Assembly (NCBI GenBank): GCA_013115145.1 | Contig: JAAPAO010000100.1 | Location: forward strand, 1 to 64,000 | Direction of reading: 5' to 3' | DNA length: 64,000 nucleotides | Origin: Perkinsus chesapeaki ATCC PRA-425 | Lineage: Eukaryota; Protista; Perkinsozoa | Part shown: one piece after another, positions 24,646 through 35,524 of the stretch | Layout: every line of letters starts with the position of its first letter | Position numbering within the stretch: position 1 is the first letter of the stretch | The notes under the pieces: model-generated | The model's input: the letters and a program-made list of their open reading frames with translations, nothing else | The model's database searches: none | Told to the model about the DNA's origin: nothing | Translations under genes and position numbers: made by a program

Positions 24646-25092
24646 ATGATTTGCTGCTACGCACATGTAACTCATTTTCTTCTGGTGATACTAGTAGTAT
24701 CGCTCATAAATGTGATGGGTAACACAACTTATGGTGCGCTTTGGGACAATCGAGGCACTGGTCCGAGCTTCACAGTTTTGGTTCGCGATGATGGTGACGT
24801 TCATATGTTCATGTCGAATGGACCTTGTTATGTGAGGGCTCAGGGTCACTCTGGGAGCAGATTCTTTATACGTTGGAAAAGTACTCAAGACAGACTTAAT
24901 GCCATTAAGGAGTTGAACGACAGGCATATACTCGGATTTGTCATCCATCAAGATGGCTTAACTATGATCGATTTCTGCTGTGATCACTGTTGCCAGCTAG
25001 ATCTAGGCGGTAGATTTTTCCTGGAAGCCTACAGACTCTTCGACCATGCTACTGCCGCTGAAATGTACAACAATATGACGTGCAGAGAGTAG
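24646..25092 (+). CDS. Small secreted hypothetical protein (148 aa), copy 1
   Basis: Signal-peptide-like HFLLVILVVSLINVMG. The ORF is intact in both duplicates. Confidence 0.55.
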   Translation: MICCYAHVTHFLLVILVVSLINVMGNTTYGALWDNRGTGPSFTVLVRDDGDVHMFMSNGPCYVRAQGHSGSRFFIRWKSTQDRLNAIKELNDRHILGFVIHQDGLTMIDFCCDHCCQLDLGGRFFLEAYRLFDHATAAEMYNNMTCRE

Positions 25093-25700
25093 CTCTTGTG
25101 CAGAATAGTCGTGCAGGAATGCCTTGTCCATTTTTCTCGACTCCGTTAGGCAGTATTTTTCTACAATATGAAAAGCTTCTTTCACATTCACCCATAGAGG
25201 CACTGATCGAGCGTCTTGTGTTAGTCACTGTGAGCGATAGCGAGCGAAACCCACATGCTGTTTGGAAGCAGCTCAGTGGCATCCGATGACCACGGAGCAA
25301 AGCCTCACCGGCCAAGTACAAAGCGACTGGCTCATTACATAGTTTAGCTCATTTCAAAAAATCTATTCTCCTTGCACGGAGTTTTGCACTTTAGTGAGCA
25401 TGCCATAAGCCTTGTTATAGGAGGTGGAATATTGCAGCGTGAACGCGTCAGCGGACCTTCAGCACCGGAGGAGGCCGACCGCCGGGATCGAATTACGTCA
25501 CCAAAATCAAAACACAAAAGCTCGGGTTCAAAGAAGGAACATAACTGACTTTAGACAGATGGAACCACATGTGATTCATGAAGTTGAGAGCCCATCGCCG
25601 ATGAGTCGCTGCAATCGTCTTATTTCTGATAACAGGACGTTCTCGTCTAGGCTGGAAATGAGTAATCGTAGTAACCTATGTGAAGTGACCTTCTACAGCA

Positions 25701-26058
25701 CTAGCGTACTTTTAGGCAGTACTTGTCGGATACAGCTTTCAGTTGTGTAGGATCGTTGATATCCACCACTGTAGCATTGCAGAAGTCGAACATCGGCATA
25801 TCTCGGTTCGCACCGAAAGCTCCCCCAACGCTTGTTCGATAGGAAAGGCGGGGAGAAGCCCCTCGGCATGCGCTACCACTGGAGTCGGCATCCCTGAACG
25901 ATATTTCGGAAATTATATTTAACCCTCTCGTGGCTACCTACTGTGCGGCACAGCTCTACGCCATAGCCGCAGGGCACTATTGACTTCCCTGAGTTCACTT
26001 TGAGCTTCGCCTCTCCATTAGCGTTTGGTGTACCGTCGAGAGTGATGTTACGAGCACT
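25701..26058 (-). pseudogene. Duplicated last two exons of MSH4
   Basis: Matches 35525-35883. A 1-nt deletion (AGGAAAGGCG at 25841 vs AGGAAATGGCG around 35671) shifts the frame, and upstream exons are absent. Confidence 0.85.
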
Positions 26059-26638
26059 AGATATAGGCTAGTAGTTAATGCATCAAACAGTGTTGAACCA
26101 ACACTGTGGAATTGCGGAGGCGTGACGCGGGCGAGCCCGACGGTGACAAAGGCTGCCTTTGCCTTTTTGCCTGTGAAAGGCGGCGGGAAGCACATGGACT
26201 GTATTCCCGGCAGTAAATAATATGCAACCGCGCTTAGTGCGAGTATTTCGCGATGCTAACTCGGCCCTCCCTGCGCTTGGGCTACAGGGCTCTGTAAACA
26301 AAGGGCCTACCCCCTGTATACGGCTTGGAAGTTACAATTTGTCGTTCATCTGTGAGTTACAGACTGCGACCCTCGAGTGGCATTAGGAAACCTACCTACA
26401 TCTTGCTTAATCTGAGCAGGTGTTGGCATTTGAGGGACCCCTCGTTATGAAACGGGATGATCAACAGGCTCAGTCACCGTTCCTCACTTAACCTGGTTCT
26501 GCGCAGGTTTACGAGCATGTTATTGACTGCTTTGGTTCTAATGACTTTCATCCACGCTATCGTGCCCAGCTACCTTCTAATGCTAGTGATGATGCTGCCA
26601 GAACGAGTTCATAGCCTTACTTACGGTGGCCCACCGTA

Positions 26639-26766
26639 GGTGTTGAAAGTGAAAGTGGTGAAAATTATTTGTGCCGACGCATGTGTTGAAAACAATCCGC
26701 ATGTGTTAGTAAGAACCACAGATGTGTTGAAAATGTTATGTGTTGCCAGATACTGGTGTTGAAATT
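26639..26766. repeat. Degenerate dispersed (T)GTGTTGAAA motif array in an AT-rich patch
   Basis: About six GTGTTG(AAA)-like units at irregular spacing of roughly 16-42 bp. Confidence 0.6.
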
Positions 26767-27914
26767 GTTCACAAAAAACAAAAATTGGTGGAAATATTAT
26801 TGTTCACCCCACGCCGTGCAGTGCACGGCACTGTCGCCCTTTTCCAAATCAACCGAAGAGATAGCTATTTACCGGGTGGTCATTCGACTGTATCGGACGA
26901 TACCTCCGAGATATTATCCGTGAACTGGCATCCGAGGATCATACAGTAAATATGCGGCAAGAGTGAAGGGGCAGAACTGCGAGCAGCTTCCTGGGACGAA
27001 GCGGTGGTGCACTAGATGGCGTGTTATCGCTCAGCCAGAACTTGTGCCGACCAAACTACATGTTTGGCGCCTCGAGTCAGGCTCTCGACAACCTGTTCCT
27101 CCCCTTCGGAGGAGCGACAGCTGGCTCTAATCTGTGCCTGAGCACAGAAAAGTGTCTAATCTTGCCAGCTGCCAAGTATCAACTGGATATGCAAAGGTAT
27201 GTATTATGCCGGCATATATCGATGTCTCGCGTGTACCGCTGATGCAGTGAGGTGTTTGGCTGTACCTCTCCGACTCAACACGAACCACTGCCACCCTCAA
27301 ACTGCTCGGAACAGTCTGGTCCACTGTGGTTCAACTAGATGATTAGCGCATGCACCCATATTGATGTTGTGTTGATTGAGGTTGATAGGCTCGCGGAGGC
27401 GAAGATGATGTGTTCATATGCAGCCAGGTGATGACAATGTGTATCACTAAATTAGTGACACTAATACTACTAATATCACAAGCAACTTCAGCAACACAAC
27501 TCTCATAGTACAGCATCAATAAACAAAATTAATGATGGGTTTGTCGATGAGAGTTCTGGTATTAATGAAATATACGAAGAGCCATCAGAAAGCTATGCCT
27601 AGTAGTTTTCCGAATACAGGCAAACGTCCAGGATATCTGCTATTATGCGAGTACATAGCGGGAGGTCGACGGACTTGTATACCGTAGAACAGTAGGTAGA
27701 GCAAACTGCTTGAGAGCCGAATGTGCTCAACTAAGAAGTCAGAAATATGGCATCGGCCTTTCATTCATCTCTCTGTTTATGTAGAACAAATTCTAGCGTA
27801 GTGGATGGAAAGGCGACGGTGATGGTATCAGCAGTCTTGTTGTAAGTGAAAACTGCGCCTGACAGTGCATCACAACTTGAACAACAGACTTGTCCTATGT
27901 CTACTAAGTAGACT

Positions 27915-28400
27915 TTACTTACCCATCCCTGAGTTACTTGAAAAAGTGATGGTCAAGCCCTCCATTTCGTAGGGGATGTTTTCATAGCGGAAAGGCCCCA
28001 CCACCAAGTGCAAACGGGGCCTCGTGAAAGTGTAGCTCCTACGAGACGGCGATTGAAGCAGATTATGGTAAGTGCGCATTAAATTACAACTCTCGCACAA
28101 CGGTGATGCTTTCGGCAAAGCTTGCAGAGACGTCCAAAGCAGAGTTGGGGGTAAGACCGTAGCCAGCATAAACACCGATCGGGTGAACAGCACCTGAAAG
28201 TAGAGAATACAAATAATAGCTTGTCCAACGACTCTTCTCGATCTGCTTAATGGATACACATAATCGCCTCTCACCTCTGTCAGTTAGGCCCATGGCGAAG
28301 CCCTGAAAAATCACGAAGAGTGTATAGTGGCCAATCATAGGTGATTATCGAACTCGCCGGAGAAGAACTTTCGAATATCAGCGCTGTTCAACCTGGCTGA
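27915..28400 (-). pseudogene. Possible ZIP-family metal transporter remnant
   Basis: Fragments HYTLFVIFQGFAMGL and LYSLLSGAVHPIGVYAG in different frames. No coherent gene model. Confidence 0.35.
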
Positions 28401-31400
28401 GCGCCGACTGTTCCCGTGGGTATATCGTATACGAACAGCCTTTGTCGGTCGCAAACTGGAAAGAAAGTAGAATGCGCCGCTAGTGCGACGAACTTGGTGG
28501 TCTAGTTGGCAACAAAAATTTGATTGCAAGATTCTATATTAGAACCCTAACACTGCCGCTGGTTTTCTCAAGAGAAAAGGCGTGAAAACTTGACCTACTT
28601 CCGGGAGACAGACGTGAAGGTTCCACGGTGGAGATTGTTAATATACCAGAGGGTGACCCGAAGATCATCCACCACTTTTGTTATGTTCTGAGACATAGGC
28701 CCCAACAAGGAAGAGTAGCGTCTCATATGTAAAAATATCTCCGAGGTTTCGACCATACCACAGAGTTTGTCTCTGCTCTCCATTGGTGGAGCCGGAAGAC
28801 ATTCTACACCATATACAACACAGTACCATGGGCAGACTGCGAACATTTCTCCAGATGAAGGGTAAAGCTCATAAACGGTTATAGTTGTGATGGAAGTCGT
28901 ACACAGTCGGACTGATACTACGACAGTTTCAATTCGTGTCCCTCCACGTGGCACATTGTCTGCCACATACATTATAATATAAGCATACAATATGAGCATC
29001 ATCTGTCTCGGATAACATCGGAGTCTGACTAAGGCCATCACGAGCGCGTATAAGGACTTGGTAAATACGGAATTTCAGCGAGCCGAGAGATCGGAAGACC
29101 GGAATTTTCGTCATCGAATTCTCAACACGTGCCTCTGGAGCCACTCGGGAGTAGCTCCCTCAAACGAGAGTTTTATAGGAAAACACAAGCTCTCATCGGA
29201 TCTCGTGAGGTTCCGTTGCCGAAGCAACTCACCGAACCCCTAGGACATGTGCTCATAATATATATGGGAGAGGTATGTGGTCTGGAATTCATTGAGGGTT
29301 TTCGAATACAAAACATCGAAAAGCCGATGAGGCGCCATAGTTTGAAAGGATCCTAGCCCTTGTACCAGAGTGACAAGATGGAATCACTCAACGGCAAGAC
29401 TGTGTTGTTGGAATTCACTTGATTGAACAACCTGCGCAGCTACTCGTATTCGGATAGCACAAGTTTGCAGGCTCTCGCTATATAGCCGAAGTTGCAAAGT
29501 CTATACTCCCCGCGATCACTTGAATACATCCTGATGTAACTCGGTGCTGTACTCGGTTTTATAAGCATCGTGGGAAGCTGAGCCTCTAAGTCTCATATTT
29601 AGAAGTCGCTTAAGTACCCAAGAGTCTTGGGTAGGGTCTTGGGCCAAGACCCCGGCAACTTAACGCCGCTTCTACAAACCGAAAGACTTTAACAAGATGC
29701 CTGCACGAGAATTAGGACTAATCATAATGATGAATCATAACTAACGATCAACGGAACCACTCAAACGGAGCCTCCTACGGAGCTCTTGGTGAGGAATTTG
29801 CCGATAATCCCTGGCGCTCTGTCCAACTACGTCAGACCCATTTGGCGAGTCGCCAAGGGCGACCCGTTAACGTTCGACCGATGCGTACCCATAATTGACA
29901 ACACTTCACTGTTAGAGCATAGATGTTAAAATCCCGACGCTAGTAGCTTGAACTACTGCGATTGTATAGGAATATCCTCTGATGAAAAGGCTTCCACTGC
30001 AACAAAGACTTGGTTTTATCTTGGATTCACTTGGCATACCAAACGCAGTCAATGGTGAGGCTCCCATCAAGAACGCAATGCATGCCTGTTGGACATTTCT
30101 TGAAATACTGAAAAATGACATGCTTTCGAAATGATTATACTATGGGAAATCTTACCGCACAGCCTAAACGACAGTAACCATCTTTATCACAATATTGGTT
30201 GGCATTGCCGTTGGGTGGTCCCGGACAATCAGAATTGTGTGAACATGTTACACTGCAGAAGCATACGAGTCTAGTGTCCCCTGCGTCGCATACTGGATAC
30301 CAGCCGGGCTCACAACTACAACCGCTGGTGCTACAGTGACCAACTGGCTCCGCATAAGGAACTGATTAAGAAAACTGGCTTACATGGATTCGCTGAATAC
30401 AGAATTCTTGCGATTTTCGGGGACAGTTCTCCATACCTGTGGGCGGCTGAGTCGTGGCGGTCATATTGGTACCTCCGGGCCCCTCGTCGGAGTTCATCCT
30501 GATCCAGAAGATACTTCGAGTCCTTCAAACAGCCATACTACTTTTGCGTATGGATTTCTTCCAAACTACTGCCGAAGCTTCCTAGAATGCTGATGATGAG
30601 AATGATTCTCATATTATACGACATACTAGTATAGCAGCCGACATGAATGTATACGACCGAGCAAGATAATTAGATAATAGTCAATTATTGATCATTACTG
30701 ACAGCCAATCTCACTGACTAGAACGATCAAAAGGTAACAAGGTTACACACTGTCGCTGACACTGCAGCTGCCCGAATAACAGCGTGATGCTACGATGACA
30801 ATCCTAGATTGGAGATGCTGAATTTGGAATAACTTGCAAGTGAGTACACGGAAAGAATGCAGAAGGGGCTTTAGCTCACCGATCGCCTTTGTGACTTCGG
30901 AGATGTCACAGACTGAAGCGTGCACATCGTGCAGTACATTTAGTGGTGGCGTTGTCCTGGGTTCAGAGTGCCTACAAACTTACCAGGTCAGTTACAAACA
31001 ATGAAGCCTGCAAGTTTACCCAGCATGGTCATCTTAGAACATCGCCTCTGGGTGAAGTCAATGAAAGAGTTTGCACTTGGTGATACAGTATTAAGTGAGT
31101 CAGGCCGCGACTGCTGCGGTTAGAGCACCTGATACTAAGGTGGGGTTCGCAGCAGTTGGGCCAAAACTTGACCGCTAGTCAAGAACCAACTTAACAACAA
31201 TAAAACATATGATAACGCGTATATACCCAGGGTGGTCCTTGCGCTGCCCTTCCGGCAACTCCAAAGTACGATAATAGAAGTGTAGTTTTTCTTTTAACTT
31301 GGGAGAGTGACAGAGAGAGGGTCAGCTTCATAACAATGATTAATAATAGAAATGTCACTAAAGGCGCTAAAGTACACGAAGATGGCTTGCATTTCTGTGC

Positions 31401-31794
31401 ATTTACGTTTAATGATCGTTGCGGCACGGTGGATATCGGACAAGGCTGGGTCACCCAGTCTGGGTGATGGGATTGGCGCTATTAAGTCATGAAACTGCTG
31501 CTATAATGTACAGTACTACGGAATGTTAAGAGTACTGCTTCGTACGATGGCAACTCAACAATCACCATAACCGTCGAGGCTGGGCCAAGCGAGGCTTTAT
31601 TTTGTTTAGCTACAGTTGGGCAGTCGTTCACCTCGCCGCTATTGTAGAGATCCGGCGACTTCCTCATTCATAGGCTCCAGTCCACTCTCAATGTTTGGCT
31701 GAAAAGTATAGCCCAGCGGTACAAGATCTGTGCATCCTGGCACGTGAGGCACAACCGGAGTCGATCGCCAACTGAAAACAATTCCTGAATAGAA

Positions 31795-32174
31795 CGCCAT
31801 AACAGCCTTAGGCCTGGAACTAGGTATCCTCGCCGTACCCGTAGCAGTAGGTAGCTCTACCATGGGCTATGTGTTCCTAGTAGGAACAGGGCTATCCCAA
31901 TTCTTCTATAACAAGTCGCTTCAGTTGGAAAAGCCGCAGAAACTGTGCCTTACTTTTCCAGACAAATGTAGCATTAACTTTCCTGTGGCAAGCCCTCGTG
32001 AATGTTGACGAGCTCAGTTCGCTGAGTGTCGTCGGATCCCTGCTGATAGTGTGCTCGAGGTCTGCTATCCTCGGTGGGAGGGTAGCTACGTCCAGAAGTG
32101 CATCCAGTGTCATGAGCGAACCGAAAGTCGAGCGCATAGAGATATCTGTAACGGCTTCTCAGCTGAAAGAGTGA
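31795..32174 (+). pseudogene. 5'-truncated, frameshifted copy of the EamA/DMT transporter 3' end
   Basis: Matches about 22300-22679, with a 12-nt deletion in GCTATTCGGCATGCTATCCC and single-base indels near CAGAAACTGTGCCTTAC. Confidence 0.9.
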
Positions 32175-34295
32175 TTTGAAGCTCGAATTTGGCCACTGTC
32201 TGACTGCGGGTAATGAAGAAGCCTGTGAATACATGAACCATTTGGGCTGTAATAGTGAAAGAAGTGTAGAGTACATTTGATACTTAATCATAATATTTTA
32301 TGACTCATATCACCAATTATCATAGTTCTTGGCCCGAAAACAAACGCTCGCAGTGTAGATCGAACAGGGAGAGTCTCACACGCAAGCGGTAGAAGGCACC
32401 TCATAACGGGCGGTTGCACTTTAACTCAACATATGCTTGGCTGAATAAGGAGACCTCTTCTCCCATCATAACTTTTTAAAGGCACTTACAAAATATATCG
32501 CAGATCTTGCCAACCATTTCGTCGAGCATTACTATGATCTTCCTACCGTTAAGGAGTTACTCTCATGAGCTCTCGGGTGTCACATCGCCACAATTTTCAC
32601 CTTGAGATATTATTCGAGGAAGCGCATTTTTCCCGGGACACCCTGTATGATATCAACTTGCCCTATAAAAATCGTCTGGCATAATACGCGAGATGATGCA
32701 GCCTTATCAGTAGCGACTGCCTCATTGCAACATCTATATACATCCTCAAACTGAAAAAGATATAATGGGGAATGCTGAGCATGGAGAGCGGTCTAGCACA
32801 AAAAGAGATTTTACGGAGGTGAGGAGCAATTCAAAGTCAGATTTGGAACAGGCTACTATCAGCATTTTACTTTATAGAAAGTGTTCTCCATGATCGTATA
32901 GCTAAACCGGGCATTACAAGTTGTAATGTCTGGCTGTAATTTACAACTGCATAACGTGTACAGCTGGAAAAATGCGGGGCTTGCGGAGATGCAGCGGCAT
33001 GGGACGGAGCAGGGGGTGGCGCAGAGGTCTATGTACTCACACCGCTCTTACTGATTGCCTTAGACTCTGAGGCTTAGAGTGATTAAGGCAGTTGGAACTC
33101 TTCAGCGCAGCGTAGAAGTTCCCACCGGGAGATAACGAATGAAATGCGAGAGAAGGAAGAGATTGGTTCAGGCTGGAAAGCCTGGGCTGCCTTTGATCTC
33201 GTTCGCCTCGCTTAAGACGGATCTTGTTACCGTAATGTAAGCTTCGTTCAAGCAATATTTCGCACGTTATCGAGGATCAGGCTGCAACTGACATGTTTAC
33301 TACTAAAACATGTATTACGTGTGAGAAGTAGGCTTTTATGTGACCCTTGGCTGGGCCAAAGAGCCCAATAGAAGCTTAGCCATCAAGTCTCTTCCATTAC
33401 AGATTATTCTGGATATGCTCTCTGTTAGATATTCGTGGTTTCATACGAGACATTATGAGTTCAGTAGCATACTCGTGGCCCCCCCGGTGTGAGGCAGTGC
33501 TCTGATATCGTCACATTCTACGGGCTTTTGATCGCACTTCCATAACAACAAACGCCACCAATTGGAATGCCGCAGACGTATTTCATTACCATTAAATGTA
33601 AGCTGCGTTCAGGCGACATAGTCATGTTCAGTGAACATTGCTCACATATGGTACGTTGTCTTACATAACTTATGTAGCGAATAGTTGTGTTCACCCATGG
33701 TACGCTATGTTACATAACTTATGTAGCGATTCACAGTTGAGTTCCTGGTCCAGGACAGTGGAGTTCCGGCAAGCTGTGGAGCATCCTGATGAGATCAGTA
33801 TGGACTTCTAGAAGGTTTAGTTCAACCATCTGTGGGGTAACAGCTAGACTTGGGTACGGATTGGAGCAAGTCATATTAGTTTGCGGGAGCACGTCGCGAG
33901 AAGACAAGGAGCAGTGGTGCGCCATATGAGTTTCGCGTAACTCAGGTGTCGCATGGCGAATTCCATAACCAAACCCTGTAACGTCACCTGGACTGCGCTC
34001 CTCCACATAATGGTTTCTGTCTACACTATGTATATCTGTTTGGGGTTCGTACCGGAGCCACCCCAATTAGCTAAAGGTCTTTTCGTTCTCTTCCTGCAAC
34101 TATGCTTATCTCTCGAGTCGAGAGTCTCGACTATCTGAATATCCCTCAGATAGTACTGCTCTCTATGGCTTGAGTAACCAACTTCTCAACCCCCAGTTGT
34201 GTAGTTGAACTTTATTAGCTCCGTACTATAATTCCGCTAGTGAAGTGTTATTCGCTCACAGGATTACAATCATATCTTATATTGATCCACATTTA

Positions 34296-34742
34296 ATGAT
34301 TTGCTGCTACGCGCATGTAACTCATTTTCTTCTGGTGATACTAGCAGTATCTCTCATGAATGTGATGTGTAACACAACTTATGGTGCGCTTTGGGACAAT
34401 CGAGGCACTGGTCCGAGCTTCACAGTTTTGGTTCGCGATGATGGTGACGTTCATATGTTCATGTCGGATGGACCTTGTTATGTGAGGGCTCAGGGTCACT
34501 CTGGGAGCAGATTCTTTATACGTTGGAAAAGTCCTCAAGACAGACTTAATGCCATTAAGGAGTTGAACGACAGGCATATACTCGGCTTTGTCATCCATCA
34601 AGATGGCTTAACTATGATCGATTTCTACTGTGATCACTGTTGCCGGCTAGATTTAGGTGGTAGATATTTCCTGGAAGCCTACAGACTCTTCGACCATGCT
34701 ACTGCCGCTGAAATGTACAACAATATGACGTGCAGAGAGTAG
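34296..34742 (+). CDS. Small secreted hypothetical protein (148 aa), copy 2
   Basis: Same length as 24646-25092. By eye, 13 substitutions (8 non-synonymous, 5 synonymous). Confidence 0.55.
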   Translation: MICCYAHVTHFLLVILAVSLMNVMCNTTYGALWDNRGTGPSFTVLVRDDGDVHMFMSDGPCYVRAQGHSGSRFFIRWKSPQDRLNAIKELNDRHILGFVIHQDGLTMIDFYCDHCCRLDLGGRYFLEAYRLFDHATAAEMYNNMTCRE

Positions 34743-35151
34743 CTCTTGTGCAGAATAGTCGTGCAGGAATGCCTTGTCCATTTTTCTCGACTCCATTAGG
34801 CAATATTTTTCTACAATATGAAAAGCTTCTCTCACATTCACCCATAGAAGCACTGATCGAGCGTCTTGTGTTAGTCACTGTGAGCGATAGCGAGCGAAAC
34901 TCACATACTGTTTGGAAGCAGCTCAGTGGCAACCGATGACCACGGAGCAAAGCCTCACCGGCCAAGTACAAAGCGACTGGCTCATTACATAGTTTAGCTC
35001 ATTTCAAAAAATCTAATCTCCTTGCACGGAGTTTTGCACTTTAGTGAGCATGCCATAAGCCTTATTATAGGAGGTGAAATATTGCAGTGTGAACGCGTCA
35101 GCGGACCTTCAGCACCGGAGGAGGCCGACCGCCGGGATCGGATTACGTCAC

Positions 35152-35317
35152 TGTCGTGTGAATTGTGTCATCTTGTCACTTTTGTGTGCTAAGCTCTGTC
35201 TCCCTAGCTCACGCTTCTCAATATATACTGTAAAGTTGTATTGAAGCTTTTATATATTTTAAATGACTTCTGATAACCTTGCGTTAACTCAGGGAACGGC
35301 TACTAGCAGCTCTAACA
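35152..35317. mobile_element. Probable solo LTR (166 bp) with 5-bp target-site duplication
   Basis: Starts TGT and ends ACA, flanked by GTCAC at 35147-35151 and 35318-35322. The paralogous site near 25497-25501 has a single GTCAC and no insert. Confidence 0.85.
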
Positions 35318-35524
35318 GTCACCAAAATCAAAACACAAAAGCTCGGGTTCAAAGAAGGAACATAACTGACATTAGACAGATGGAACCACATGTGATTCAT
35401 GAAGTTGAGAGCCCATCGCCGATGAGTCGCTGCAATCGTCTTATTTCTGATAACAAGACGTTCTCGTCTAGGCTTGATGAAATGAGTAATCGTAGTAACC
35501 TATGTGAAGTGACCTTCTACAGCA

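Larger units (their letters stand above)
24593..26058. repeat. Segmental duplication block B, copy 1
   Basis: About 97% identical (estimated within the shared ORF) to about 34250-35883. Lacks the 171-bp insertion seen in copy 2. Confidence 0.92.

Noticed and set aside
24691-25750. Several overlapping ORFs conserved in both duplicates (also at 34341-35574)
   Set aside because: Conservation is expected from about 97% recent duplication alone. Most are antisense shadows.
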